In this document: one piece after another, positions 9,487 to 18,053 of the stretch | Position numbering within the stretch: the first letter of the stretch is position 1 | Layout: every line of letters begins with the position of its first letter | Source: a metagenome | DNA length: 32,000 bases | Direction: 5' to 3' (one strand) | Sequence record: ERZ834694.320-NODE-320-length-60649-cov-6.055468 | Made by a program: the position numbers and the translations under genes | The notes under the pieces: model-generated | The model's database searches: none | Seen by the model: the letters and a program-made list of their open reading frames with translations, nothing else | What the model was told of the DNA's origin: nothing

Positions 9487-10010
9487 AGCGTTCCTCCATA
9501 ATTCAAAATGTAAATGATAGCAAATCCAAAGGAAAGGAACGGCACCAGAGGCAAGGCTGTCTGGCTGGGCGCCGCGCACTTTCTTCTTCGAAACTTCTGT
9601 GTGCTCCAGTTGATTGCATAAAACAGTGCGGCAAGGGCAAGGCCAAGCGCCATGCCCCACAAGCCGTCTGTAATTCCCAGTACAAAGCCGGAGGCGGCGG
9701 TGAACTTGATGTCACCGCCGCCTATGGAACCGGGCTTATGCATAGCCGCAGCCAACAGAGGCAAGGCCGCCAGCGGGCCCATCAACTGGGCCGGATGAAA
9801 GACCAGCAGCCCCACCATGGTAATCAGGGCACAGAGTGTGTTTGGGATCAGGCGTTTCTGGCAGTCGAAGATGGCGCCAACCAAAAGCAGGGAGAAAAAC
9901 AGCCACATTTGGAGGGCTTTCATTGGTTCCTGCAGTTGTGAGATGACTTCCAGTGGCAGCGGCGCGGGTGAGAGGAATGGCCGGAACATCCATAGAGGAT
10001 TATCCGGCAT
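9483..10010 (-). CDS. A24-family prepilin peptidase (TadV/CpaA-like)
   Basis: Polytopic membrane protein with two Asp motifs (FDCQKRLIPN and GGGDIKF). Overlaps the 3-prime end of the pilin gene. Confidence 0.85.
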   Translation of the reverse strand: MPDNPLWMFRPFLSPAPLPLEVISQLQEPMKALQMWLFFSLLLVGAIFDCQKRLIPNTLCALITMVGLLVFHPAQLMGPLAALPLLAAAMHKPGSIGGGDIKFTAASGFVLGITDGLWGMALGLALAALFYAINWSTQKFRRRKCAAPSQTALPLVPFLSFGFAIIYILNYGGTL

Positions 10011-10230
10011 AATCAAACATCTCCTGGATCCGCTCTGTCAGGGTGGGCATGACCACATCGCCAAACAGCGCATACAGGCCAGCCAGCACCAGAGCGCCGA
10101 TGACCACCGCCATCAGGATCTTCACAGCGGTATCCACATAGCCCTCACCTCTCCGGTCCGTCAGGGCTGCATGGGCACAGATCATCATGCTGTTCATCTT
10201 GCCTGCCAGCTTATTCATCCGATTCTTCAT
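10000..10230 (-). CDS. Flp-type (type IVc) prepilin, copy 1
   Basis: 76 aa. Leader ending in RRGEGYVDTAVKILMAVVIGALVLAGLYALF. GGAGG SD. Paralogue of 10695..10922. Confidence 0.8.
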   Translation of the reverse strand: MKNRMNKLAGKMNSMMICAHAALTDRRGEGYVDTAVKILMAVVIGALVLAGLYALFGDVVMPTLTERIQEMFDYAG

Positions 10231-10254
10231 GGTATTTTCCTCCTTATTCTGCAG

Positions 10255-10665
10255 TCACATATTCATGGCAGGGCCGGCATCATACGCCGGCCCCTTGGTA
10301 GGGTCCGGCGCTTCCAGACCTCTCTGATTCGGAGCTTGGGCCTGCACAAGAGCCTGCTGGTAGGCATCCAGAACAGCCGAATCAAACTCTGCTCTGGCCT
10401 CTTTGGTGCAGGGAAAACAGATATCCTTGTACTCACCGTTTCCGGCCCTGTAGCTGGGCATGGAGACAAACAGCCCCTTGGAGCTGTCCATGACCTTGAT
10501 GCCTCGGACGGCAAAGCAGCCGTTGATGTTGACCGAGGCGGTGGCACGGCAGCTTCCCTCCGGGCGCAGGGAGTGGATTTTCACTGAGTAATGAGTGGGA
10601 TAGACGGCGTGGCTGTCCTGCCGGACAGCAGGCTGGGCGCCAGACTTCTGTACGGTTTTCGACAT
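10255..10665 (-). CDS. spoVG: SpoVG-family nucleic-acid-binding protein with N- and C-terminal extensions
   Basis: RATASVNINGCFAVRGIKVMDSSKGLFVSMPSYRAGNGEYKDICFPCTKEARAEFDSAVLDAY aligns by eye with the B. subtilis SpoVG core (GLFVAMPS...GE..DI.HP). Confidence 0.85.
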   Translation of the reverse strand: MSKTVQKSGAQPAVRQDSHAVYPTHYSVKIHSLRPEGSCRATASVNINGCFAVRGIKVMDSSKGLFVSMPSYRAGNGEYKDICFPCTKEARAEFDSAVLDAYQQALVQAQAPNQRGLEAPDPTKGPAYDAGPAMNM

Positions 10666-10694
10666 ACGCTGCTCCTTTCTTTTTCTGGCCGGGA

Positions 10695-10922
10695 TCAGCC
10701 GGCGTAGTTAAACATCTCCTGGATGCGCCGGGTCAGGGTGGGCATAACGGTGTCGTCAAACAGGGCGTACAGCCCAGCCAGCACCAGAGCACCGATGACT
10801 ACCGCCATCAGGATCTTCACGGCGGTGTCCACATAACCCTCTCCGCTGCGATTGGACAGGGCGGCGCGGAGAGAAACAGGCAGCTCTTTCATGGAATGGA
10901 CAGCGTTTTTCAGATACTTCAT
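10695..10922 (-). CDS. Flp-type (type IVc) prepilin, copy 2
   Basis: 75 aa. Leader NRSGEGYVDTAVKILMAVVIGALVLAGLYALF. The mature part is near-identical to copy 1. GGAGG SD. Confidence 0.8.
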   Translation of the reverse strand: MKYLKNAVHSMKELPVSLRAALSNRSGEGYVDTAVKILMAVVIGALVLAGLYALFDDTVMPTLTRRIQEMFNYAG

Positions 10923-10937
10923 GTAGCGTTCCTCCTT

Positions 10938-10964
10938 ATAAAAAATGGACAGCCCACGGCTGCC
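10938..10964 (-). terminator. Short hairpin plus U-run between the YodL-like gene and the first pilin gene
   Basis: 7-bp stem on the minus-strand RNA (one G-U pair), 3-nt loop, then AUUUUUUAUA. It lies 7 nt after the stop at 10971 and immediately before the pilin SD. Confidence 0.45.
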
Positions 10965-10970
10965 CTGGAA

Positions 10971-11852
10971 TCATAGGGTCATGGAAAGCGCGGGTGTTTC
11001 CTCAGACTGCTGCTGTGAGGTTGTAAGCGCCTCACAAGCCTCCAGCAGCTCCGGCTCTGGGGTAGGATGCGTCTGGCGCCAGCGATCCCGGATGGCCTGG
11101 AGTGGCTGTTCCAGTGTGGCCAGCTTTTCCTTCTGTTCTGTTGACAGGCCAGTGTTTTCACACAGGCAGCGATACACTGCCTGTGTATCGGCAATCTCGC
11201 CAGCCTTTTCCAGAAGCTCCGATAGGGCGGCGGAGCGCAGCGGTTCCAAATAAGCAAGGTACTCCTGTTCCAGCTTTTGAAACAGTCTTTGATCTGATCC
11301 ATCCTTTCTGGACGGCTCCGGTGTGTTCATGTTTTCATGGATGACTGGAGTGAAGTCCACAGAGACGATTTCCCGCTTGTCCACATAGTAGAATGCGCTT
11401 CCATCGACATCATAAAGCTCGATCACATCTGAGATAGCGAGAGGATGATCTCCTCCGGGCAGTGTTCTGCGGCAGAACTTGTTCCAGATGTCTTCCAGTT
11501 CTTGGCTTTCGGCCTGTCCATCATAAGCAATGCGGTATTGGCTCGGGTTGGGGCCATCGAACTCCCTGGCCATCCGATCCAGCCCAATGAAGCGCATTTC
11601 GATGGGGGTATCTGGCTTGAGCTGCCAAATCCGCAGGGACTTGAGGGGCTGGGCGTTTTGAATGGACTCCCCGTTGGCCAGCCGGTCGTACACTCCATCC
11701 ACCCAGCGGACCGGAAGATTTTTACGCTCCAGCCACCTTTCCAAGTCCTCACGGCGGAACATGGGGTCTGCCGTGAGGCCATCCCCCTCCAGATAGCCAA
11801 CTGCGCTGCCATAATAGAACAGACGGCCATTCCTGATTTCTACACTCCGCAT
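10971..11852 (-). CDS. YodL-like domain protein (ICE/plasmid-associated), function unknown
   Basis: The segment LRIWQLKPDTPIEMRFIGLDRM...YRIAYDGQ...LEDIWNKFCR...HPLAISDVIELYD matches my recollection of the YodL-like family pattern. Confidence 0.55.
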   Translation of the reverse strand: MRSVEIRNGRLFYYGSAVGYLEGDGLTADPMFRREDLERWLERKNLPVRWVDGVYDRLANGESIQNAQPLKSLRIWQLKPDTPIEMRFIGLDRMAREFDGPNPSQYRIAYDGQAESQELEDIWNKFCRRTLPGGDHPLAISDVIELYDVDGSAFYYVDKREIVSVDFTPVIHENMNTPEPSRKDGSDQRLFQKLEQEYLAYLEPLRSAALSELLEKAGEIADTQAVYRCLCENTGLSTEQKEKLATLEQPLQAIRDRWRQTHPTPEPELLEACEALTTSQQQSEETPALSMTL

Positions 11853-11867
11853 GGCGGCATTCCTCCT

Positions 11868-13178
11868 TTACTGCATCGTCATCCCTCCTTGGGTATGGGA
11901 TTGCTCTTTGCCCTCGGTCAGCTTACTCAGGGCCTCTGCCGCCCATTGGGGGAGGCATTCCTCCTTCAGCACACCAATGAAATCTGTCCGGTTCCAGCGG
12001 GTTTCCTCGCCATCACCCAGACAGGTGCAGCGGATGCTGCGCCCGATGGCCCCAGGAGTACAGCCAAAGCCGTCATGGGCGTACCAGAGCTGACTTCGCT
12101 GGTTCCAATAACTTTCCTTGAGGGTGTCCGGGGCAAGGACCAGAACCCGGCCCTCATAGTCCAGTTTTTCATAGGAACCAGATTCGCAGTGCTCAGGCCC
12201 CAGCAGCTCCAACTGCTTATACGCATCCCGGACCTGACTGATGAACTGGTCCATGCAAATCAAAGCCGTGTCTACCGCAAAGTACCGGTTTGTGCCATCC
12301 TGTGGGATATATGCCCCACGCTGCCAGTTCCGGTTTGCCTCGCTGAGCCGATCCTTGATAGGGCCCAACTGTTGGAGCGTATTGGCAAGGACAAAATTGG
12401 TCCGTTTGAAGCCCCATTGCTCCAAAATGTTTCGGGCAGTCCCCGGCTGAAGTATTCCATCGCCACTGGAATAACCGCGAATAGCCGCCTCAATCTCTCT
12501 GGCGCAGGAAACATTGGCCCGGAAACTCTCCTCCCACCTGTCCAACTCCCCACGCCTTCCAGCCTCTGCCTTGGAGTAGGGGTAAAGATACGCAAATTCA
12601 CCGTTTTTCTCCCGGATGGTGTGATACCGCTTATATTCCGCAACCCGGCCATTCAGATCCTGTTCCGCACTCTCTCTGTCCGTGTGATAGTGAGGTGTGT
12701 AATACTCTGGATGCCCATGATCTATACGAAGCTGCCAGGTGGAAAAGGGAGATTTAGCTGCCTGGTTTTCACCGCTGACAAAGCCGGTTTCATTATCAAA
12801 GAGGACGCTGGACAGGGCTTGATATCCTTGGGGGAGAAGCTTGCCGGCGTGGACATCTTCACAACAGCTAAACATCTCTTTAACGAGCGTATCGGGCAGA
12901 TCTGCCTGAAACCAGTGCTTATCTCCGTCATTGTCAACATAGAAAATGTTGCGATCCACCTCCGGAGAAGTTCCGCTTTCGGTAACAACGGCATACTCAT
13001 TTGTGGCCAGATCATGGACAACACATATACCAAAGCATCGATCATTGTATGCCTTTCCATCAATTCGCCTTGCCGCCTGCTGAATCGGTTCCGGCATATC
13101 GGACAGGTCCAACCAGTAAATGGTTTCATCTTGAAAGTGATCCCAATGCTCAACGCCATCCAATCGCATTCCGTTCAC
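11868..13178 (-). CDS. Hypothetical protein, central segment DUF3849-like
   Basis: 436-codon ORF. The segment PYSKAEAGRRGELDRWEESFRANVSCAREIEAAI resembles the DUF3849 signature. The start is GTG 13178 or ATG 13169. Confidence 0.5.
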   Translation of the reverse strand: MNGMRLDGVEHWDHFQDETIYWLDLSDMPEPIQQAARRIDGKAYNDRCFGICVVHDLATNEYAVVTESGTSPEVDRNIFYVDNDGDKHWFQADLPDTLVKEMFSCCEDVHAGKLLPQGYQALSSVLFDNETGFVSGENQAAKSPFSTWQLRIDHGHPEYYTPHYHTDRESAEQDLNGRVAEYKRYHTIREKNGEFAYLYPYSKAEAGRRGELDRWEESFRANVSCAREIEAAIRGYSSGDGILQPGTARNILEQWGFKRTNFVLANTLQQLGPIKDRLSEANRNWQRGAYIPQDGTNRYFAVDTALICMDQFISQVRDAYKQLELLGPEHCESGSYEKLDYEGRVLVLAPDTLKESYWNQRSQLWYAHDGFGCTPGAIGRSIRCTCLGDGEETRWNRTDFIGVLKEECLPQWAAEALSKLTEGKEQSHTQGGMTMQ

Positions 13179-13186
13179 CCACGGTA

Positions 13187-13690
13187 TTAAACTCCATAAA
13201 CGGTATCCTCCAGCATAAGGCGCTCCTCCAGTTCTCCAATGCAGATCCCGCTGGCGGCAAGCATCTCCAGCAGATAAGGCGGCACATCCCGCAGATCATG
13301 GTCATATCCAGCTTCTGCGATGGTGACGGTATTCTCCTCCTCGTCTACATAGGCGCAGAGCTTGGCATTCTCCGGGATTCCAGCTTCATCCCGCAGATAG
13401 TCGGGCAGAGCGATCTCCTGTCCATCCAGACCGTCAAAGGGACAGTCGCCATCACAGCCGTCGCAAGGTCCGCTGGCTCTGGCCAGATGCACGCTAAGGT
13501 CCACAGTCAGCTGGTGCAGGGCGTCCATAGCCTGGATCACCTCCATAGCGGTCATCTTCTGCTTGAGGATAATGGCGGCACTGGGCAGTGCATGAAGTTC
13601 CGCTTTGTCCCCGTTTTCAAACCCGCAGAGCTTGAGTGCGGCGGCAGGAATGGCCATCTTTTCTCCGGTCACTTCTTTTACAAACTTCAA
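13187..13690 (-). CDS. Hypothetical protein with possible AbrB/SpoVT-like N-terminal swapped-hairpin and a CDGCDGDC motif
   Basis: TTG 13690 lies 8 nt after GGAGG. N-terminus MAIPAAALKLCGFENGDKAELHALPSAAIILK. Confidence 0.5.
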   Translation of the reverse strand: MKFVKEVTGEKMAIPAAALKLCGFENGDKAELHALPSAAIILKQKMTAMEVIQAMDALHQLTVDLSVHLARASGPCDGCDGDCPFDGLDGQEIALPDYLRDEAGIPENAKLCAYVDEEENTVTIAEAGYDHDLRDVPPYLLEMLAASGICIGELEERLMLEDTVYGV

Positions 13691-13703
13691 ATTGTATTCC
13701 TCC

Positions 13704-14132
13704 TTATAGCTTTGGGCTCAGGAGTGGGAGCAGCTGCTCCGATTCCTGCTGTTCGATTATGGATTCTCGGAATTGCTCCAGTTCCAACTGGGTGGGGCGA
13801 TATTTCTGCATTTCCAATGCGGTCAGAAGGGCGTAGGACTGGTTGACCTCAGTCATCAGCCGGCGCAGGCCGGAAGAGCCCAGTTCAAGACCCATCCTGC
13901 GAGGAAAGGCGGTGAAGGTAACCGCATATCGTCCCGGAGTGGATTCGGGCGCTATCTGCATCTGCAGCCCGATATAGGCGTCGCTCTCCGGACGGATATA
14001 TACATGGCCCACCGTGCTGGGGCAGACCTTCAAACGGCCCATACTCATTTCCTCAATCAGCAGGGCCGCCTTTTGGAGCTTCTCCAGCTCATTTTGATGT
14101 TCGTGCAAGCAAATCATCCCCATTTCCGTCAA
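13704..14132 (-). CDS. Hypothetical protein
   Basis: 142-codon ORF co-directional with its neighbours. Its 5-prime end overlaps the MTase 3-prime end, so the start is uncertain (ATG 14132, 14123 or 14117). Confidence 0.55.
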   Translation of the reverse strand: MTEMGMICLHEHQNELEKLQKAALLIEEMSMGRLKVCPSTVGHVYIRPESDAYIGLQMQIAPESTPGRYAVTFTAFPRRMGLELGSSGLRRLMTEVNQSYALLTALEMQKYRPTQLELEQFRESIIEQQESEQLLPLLSPKL

Positions 14133-14937
14133 AGAGTGTCATTTGGGAGGGCATTGTCCGGTTTCTCTCCTGCGGATCATAGTTGGCGATGATCAACTCC
14201 GGGAACTGGCACCCATTGTCGTACCGCTGCTTGATGTTGTTGATGCGGGTGGTTTCCATCAGAAAAATTCCCGGCTGGTCGTACAGCCTCCGCACAAAAG
14301 CATCGTCGTTGTAGGACAGCAGGAACTTTCCCTGGATGGAGAGGAGGGTGTCCCTCAAACGGATGTGATCTGCTTCGGTGAATCCATTCTCACCGATGTT
14401 CTGGTAATACCCCTCTGTGGCATGGTAGGGCGGGTCGAGATAGAAAAAGCTCACCGGACGGTCGTACTGGCGGATCAGCTTTTCGAAGTCCTTGTTCTCA
14501 ATAACGACCTTCGCCAGCCTGCGGTGGGCCTGTTCAATTAGAGGAAAATTAGACCGGATATCGTGGGGCTGGCTGCCGAAGCTGGTCAATCCCGAAGCAT
14601 AGGAATAACGGATCAGCTGATAGAACCATGCAGCCCGCTGGACATCACTTGCGGGGCTGTCCCGTGCCAGCGCCGCCCGGACAGCATCGAAATCCTCTCT
14701 TGCATTCAGCACAAACCGCAGGGCCTCCATGAGTTCTTCCGGTTTTTCCCTGACACAGCGGTAGAGATTGACCAGTAGCCCGTTGAAATCGTTATAGACC
14801 TCGAAATCATTTCCGGGTGGTTTGTGAAAGAGAACCCAGCCACCCCCGCCGAAGACTTCAATGTATCGCTCGTAGTATATTGGAAACAGACTCACGATCA
14901 GCTCCCGCAGGGCCTTTTTGCCGCCGATCCAGGACAT
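14089..14937 (-). CDS. Orphan Dam-like (D12 class) N6-adenine DNA methyltransferase
   Basis: N-terminus MSWIGGKK, SAM motif EVFGGGGWVLF and catalytic motif FYLDPPYHATEGYY. No adjacent endonuclease ORF. Confidence 0.88.
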   Translation of the reverse strand: MSWIGGKKALRELIVSLFPIYYERYIEVFGGGGWVLFHKPPGNDFEVYNDFNGLLVNLYRCVREKPEELMEALRFVLNAREDFDAVRAALARDSPASDVQRAAWFYQLIRYSYASGLTSFGSQPHDIRSNFPLIEQAHRRLAKVVIENKDFEKLIRQYDRPVSFFYLDPPYHATEGYYQNIGENGFTEADHIRLRDTLLSIQGKFLLSYNDDAFVRRLYDQPGIFLMETTRINNIKQRYDNGCQFPELIIANYDPQERNRTMPSQMTLFDGNGDDLLARTSK

Positions 14938-14945
14938 GAAGCTGT

Positions 14946-15278
14946 TCAGTTGCCATCACCCCCCTTCAGGGGCAGGCGGGTCTGGTCGGTGTCAAACTGT
15001 TCCAGGGAGCGGTTCAGACCGTGGATGGCGGCGGCGATACCGCTGATCCTGCGGGTCAGATGCCCAATGGTTGCCCGCACCTCCTGCTCGGTGGCGGCGT
15101 AAAAATAGCCGCTGGAGTTGCTGGCAATCGGGATCCCGGCCCGGCGCAGCTGATTGACAAGCTGCCGAAGCTCTGTGCCCTTGATGGAAAAGGTCCGTTC
15201 CAATTCCCGGCTGGTTGCGGCGCACAAAGCACCCGGATGGTATCGCCTCAGATGCTCCGCAAGCAGTTCCTTCTGCAT
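14946..15278 (-). CDS. Small putative winged-helix DNA-binding protein upstream of the methyltransferase
   Basis: ATG 15278 lies 5 nt after GGAGG. The segment TSRELERTFSIKGTELRQLVNQLRRAGIPIAS looks like an HTH/wHTH. The TTG at 15320 lies inside the terminator U-run and is rejected as the start. Confidence 0.55.
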   Translation of the reverse strand: MQKELLAEHLRRYHPGALCAATSRELERTFSIKGTELRQLVNQLRRAGIPIASNSSGYFYAATEQEVRATIGHLTRRISGIAAAIHGLNRSLEQFDTDQTRLPLKGGDGN

Positions 15279-15318
15279 GGATGCCTCCTTTCCGGGGCGT
15301 TTTTCCGAAAAAGGGCGC

Positions 15319-15361
15319 AAAAAAACAGGGACCGTTATCCCTTGCGGAAAAACGGCCCCTG
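15319..15361 (-). terminator. Strong intrinsic terminator inside the co-directional array
   Basis: On the minus-strand RNA: 11-bp stem CAGGGGCCGUU/AACGGUCCCUG (one G-U pair), 14-nt loop, then 7 U. Confidence 0.75.
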
Positions 15362-15379
15362 TGTGTTCTTATTCTGTTG

Positions 15380-15664
15380 TTACCGGATCACCCCCAACCC
15401 TCGCAGAAGCAGGACACAGTCCAATGCTCCCTGGCGGTAGAGGTGTCTGCACTGGCGGCAAGTAACCTGATTCAATTGCCGGATATAATCCAGCATCAGT
15501 TTGCGGTGCTGTTCATCCAGCTGTGCGTCCTGTCGGATCTGGTCGCTGATGTGGGAGAGAGCAGCCTCCCCGCCAGCTTCAGGCAGCTTCTGATCCAGCT
15601 CCTGCAAAGCGGTTTCGATGAGGCGGTCTATGGTATCCTGCAGGATCTCTTTTCGCTCATCCAT
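15380..15664 (-). CDS. Small hypothetical protein (94 aa) with C-terminal CRQCRH motif
   Basis: ATG 15664 lies 8 nt after GGAGG. It is the last ORF before the terminator at 15319-15361. Confidence 0.6.
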   Translation of the reverse strand: MDERKEILQDTIDRLIETALQELDQKLPEAGGEAALSHISDQIRQDAQLDEQHRKLMLDYIRQLNQVTCRQCRHLYRQGALDCVLLLRGLGVIR

Positions 15665-15746
15665 TGGAAGCACCTCCTATTTGCTCCACAACACTATCAC
15701 ACACTCTATGGAATAGCGATACCAAAATCCAATAAAAATACCGCCT

Positions 15747-16796
15747 TCACATTGTCTGGGCTGTCATCGGCGATCCACCCAAATCACTGTACTCGTAACG
15801 GAGTTCCCCTCCATTCCATGCAACATAGCCGTGGTCGGTGGCGCTCAGACCATGCTTTTGGATATACCATTCGGCATAGCTCTTTCCGTCAAAGCATTTG
15901 GACAGAAAGCTGTCTCGGTCAATAATCCCACTTTTGACCGCCAGCTCGAAGCCGAATCTGCCAAGCTCGACCCCTCGGGGTATGAAGGCAAAGTGCTGGA
16001 GGTTCTGGGAAAAGTCCAATGCCTGATCCAGCCGGTGGCAGTCCTCCAGTTCCAGAACAGCCTGCCATTTATCCATCCAGTACGCCTCACCCTGGCCCTG
16101 TTCTGCCCATACATATCCAAAGTCAATGGCATGGCGCACAAGTTCGCTGGCTGAGTCATACTGGGAAAGGATATCCATCAGTTGGGGCAGACAGCAGTCC
16201 ACCTCCAAAGCGATGCACTCGTTGAGGCTCTCTGCCTGCATTGCGTCCATGCCCAAAAGCAGTTCATCCGGATAATGGGGATCCGTGTATTCCCCGGCGT
16301 CGGGAAAGCCTATCCAGACACCTTCCATATTGGAGCGGCTGGCCAGCTTGATACGGATGGCGTAATCGCCGGTTGTGGGGAGTTCTGAGAGGTTTTTATC
16401 CGGTTGATGTTTTGGGGCAGCACTGCGCCGGATATAATGGCCTTCGCAAAACACGCCGGAGGCTCCTTCCTGCCGGAACATCTGCCCAACATAGGCGGGA
16501 GAGAAATAGGGGCGGGCAGCATCCGGAACCTGCTCCAGATGCTTCATAACAAACTGGCCCAAAGCGTCCTCGTCCCCGGCGCTGTAAAACAGCTCATAGC
16601 AGTGAAGCTGACCGGCTATATCGATGGCTTCGCTGGCTGTTTCAGGCTTCTCCAGCTTCATCGCACCGCGAAACAGGAGCTGCTCCTTTTCCGTCATGGC
16701 GGCAAACCGCTGTTCCAGCCACTCGTATTCAGATTTGGTCAGTTCCAGTCCGTCCAGTGTATCCATCAATTGAACAAGTGCCTGTTCTTCTGCCAT
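15747..16796 (-). CDS. Hypothetical protein, paralogue family member 1
   Basis: 349 aa. The C-terminal module ...NLQHFAFIPRGVELGRFG...HGYVAWNG is shared with 16798..18042 and 20733..21929. Confidence 0.7.
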   Translation of the reverse strand: MAEEQALVQLMDTLDGLELTKSEYEWLEQRFAAMTEKEQLLFRGAMKLEKPETASEAIDIAGQLHCYELFYSAGDEDALGQFVMKHLEQVPDAARPYFSPAYVGQMFRQEGASGVFCEGHYIRRSAAPKHQPDKNLSELPTTGDYAIRIKLASRSNMEGVWIGFPDAGEYTDPHYPDELLLGMDAMQAESLNECIALEVDCCLPQLMDILSQYDSASELVRHAIDFGYVWAEQGQGEAYWMDKWQAVLELEDCHRLDQALDFSQNLQHFAFIPRGVELGRFGFELAVKSGIIDRDSFLSKCFDGKSYAEWYIQKHGLSATDHGYVAWNGGELRYEYSDLGGSPMTAQTM

Positions 16797-16797
16797 A

Positions 16798-18042
16798 TCA
16801 GATCATCTCCATTCCGTTCTGCTCCGGGGCTTCATGGAGAGACTGAACGGGCTGACCGTCCAGTCTGCGGATCAGCCCATATTCTGTGATGACACCATTT
16901 CTATCCTCCAGAAGCTTTCTGCCGATCTCCGCTGACTGACCCGTCTGGAAAAGAGCCTCCGGCAGATCCGGGTATTTCTCCCGCAGCACCAGTTCCGCAT
17001 AACCCCATGGTTGGGCCACATCTGGACGGAGCTCATATTGGTCCAGATCCTCCATCAATCGGATGGCATCCTGCAGGCCGGAACAGCCGCTTGCTTCCAG
17101 AATCGCCTTATATTTTATAATGGCGTCCTCATTCCAAATACGCTGCTTCTGTTTGAGCAGGGTGGCCATTTTTTCCGCAGGGGCAAGCCCACCTGCATCT
17201 GCTATTGCGTCGTTAATCATCTCCCGAAGGGAGGGGATCAGGCATTCCACGCACTGGAACCCGCACTCCTTCTCGGAGTTGGCCCCCACCTTATCAATGG
17301 CCTGCCCTATGGCGTTTCCGACAGCAGGAAGATTCAGAAATATGCTTTTATCGCTGTCATACGCCGGGTCGTCAAAACGGCCCATGGTCACTTCCAGCAC
17401 CACCGGAGAGCCTGACCGGTCAAAATAGGCCATCTGACCAGGCCGATACACTTCCTCAAACGACTCTCCATTTGATTCCATATAGCCGCAGCTGGTAAAT
17501 ACGCCGCCGATGGTCTGGCGATGTTCTTCGCCAAAGACCTCCAGAAGACGCCCATGATAGCCGCTGCCCGGTTCGGTGGTGTCCAGCAGGCACATGGCCT
17601 CTTTCGTAAGCATCTCGTTTTCATACAAAAACGCCCCCAGGCTTTCATCATTGAAAACATCGGGGAGAATATGGCAGTCTGCATTGAATGTAAGGTTGAT
17701 AAGCCTGGGAATCGGGATGGATTTTGTGCCACGGGCCTGTTCCATTTTCAGCAGGCCATCCATGGAAAGCAGTTCCACACTGGTCAGCATGGTCAGCCGC
17801 ATTGCAAAGAGGTTCAGTTCATAGAGATTTTGGGCGCCACCGATGAGTTCGGAGGAGAGGCCGGCCCACCAACTTCGTGTCAGCTCAATGCCGCAATTCC
17901 GGCCATCGGGGATCCGCGCCTTTTGGAGCGCATCATGAAACTCTGCCCAGGTCGCAGGAAGCTTCAGTGTGATAGCAGTTTCATATCCTCTGGGTCCGCC
18001 GTTGCTGATTTCAACCTCAAACGCTTTTTTCTGATAATCCAA
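16798..18042 (-). CDS. Hypothetical protein, paralogue family member 2
   Basis: TTG 18042 lies 7 nt after GGAGG. The motifs RLINLTFNADCHIL and DLDQYELRPDV...EYGLI parallel 20733..21929. Confidence 0.7.
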   Translation of the reverse strand: MDYQKKAFEVEISNGGPRGYETAITLKLPATWAEFHDALQKARIPDGRNCGIELTRSWWAGLSSELIGGAQNLYELNLFAMRLTMLTSVELLSMDGLLKMEQARGTKSIPIPRLINLTFNADCHILPDVFNDESLGAFLYENEMLTKEAMCLLDTTEPGSGYHGRLLEVFGEEHRQTIGGVFTSCGYMESNGESFEEVYRPGQMAYFDRSGSPVVLEVTMGRFDDPAYDSDKSIFLNLPAVGNAIGQAIDKVGANSEKECGFQCVECLIPSLREMINDAIADAGGLAPAEKMATLLKQKQRIWNEDAIIKYKAILEASGCSGLQDAIRLMEDLDQYELRPDVAQPWGYAELVLREKYPDLPEALFQTGQSAEIGRKLLEDRNGVITEYGLIRRLDGQPVQSLHEAPEQNGMEMI

Positions 18043-18053
18043 TTCGGCACCTC

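Noticed and set aside
9364-9660. The 98-aa ORF from the track, and an LPXTG-like reading of IALPLGAAAILIPRLRKRRR as a sortase signal.
   Set aside because: The upstream 58 codons overlap the prepilin peptidase in another frame. LPLGA is not an LPXTG motif, and a 40-aa peptide has no passenger domain to anchor.
11445-13190. Very long plus-strand ORFs opposite the minus-strand genes: 11445..13190, 6560..7651, 7768..8646, 8658..9419, 9817..10587, 19058..19969, 21297..22067, 29170..29961 and 29840..30667.
   Set aside because: These are shadow ORFs, which are typical of GC-rich coding DNA. Their translations are low-complexity (Arg/Gly/Pro/His-rich) and lack SD sequences. The opposite strand encodes proteins with clear family motifs and coupled starts.
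15674-15746. A candidate promoter (TTGGAT-N18-TAGAGT, minus strand) upstream of 15380..15664.
   Set aside because: Both hexamers are weak matches and the spacing is suboptimal. It is not reported as a feature.
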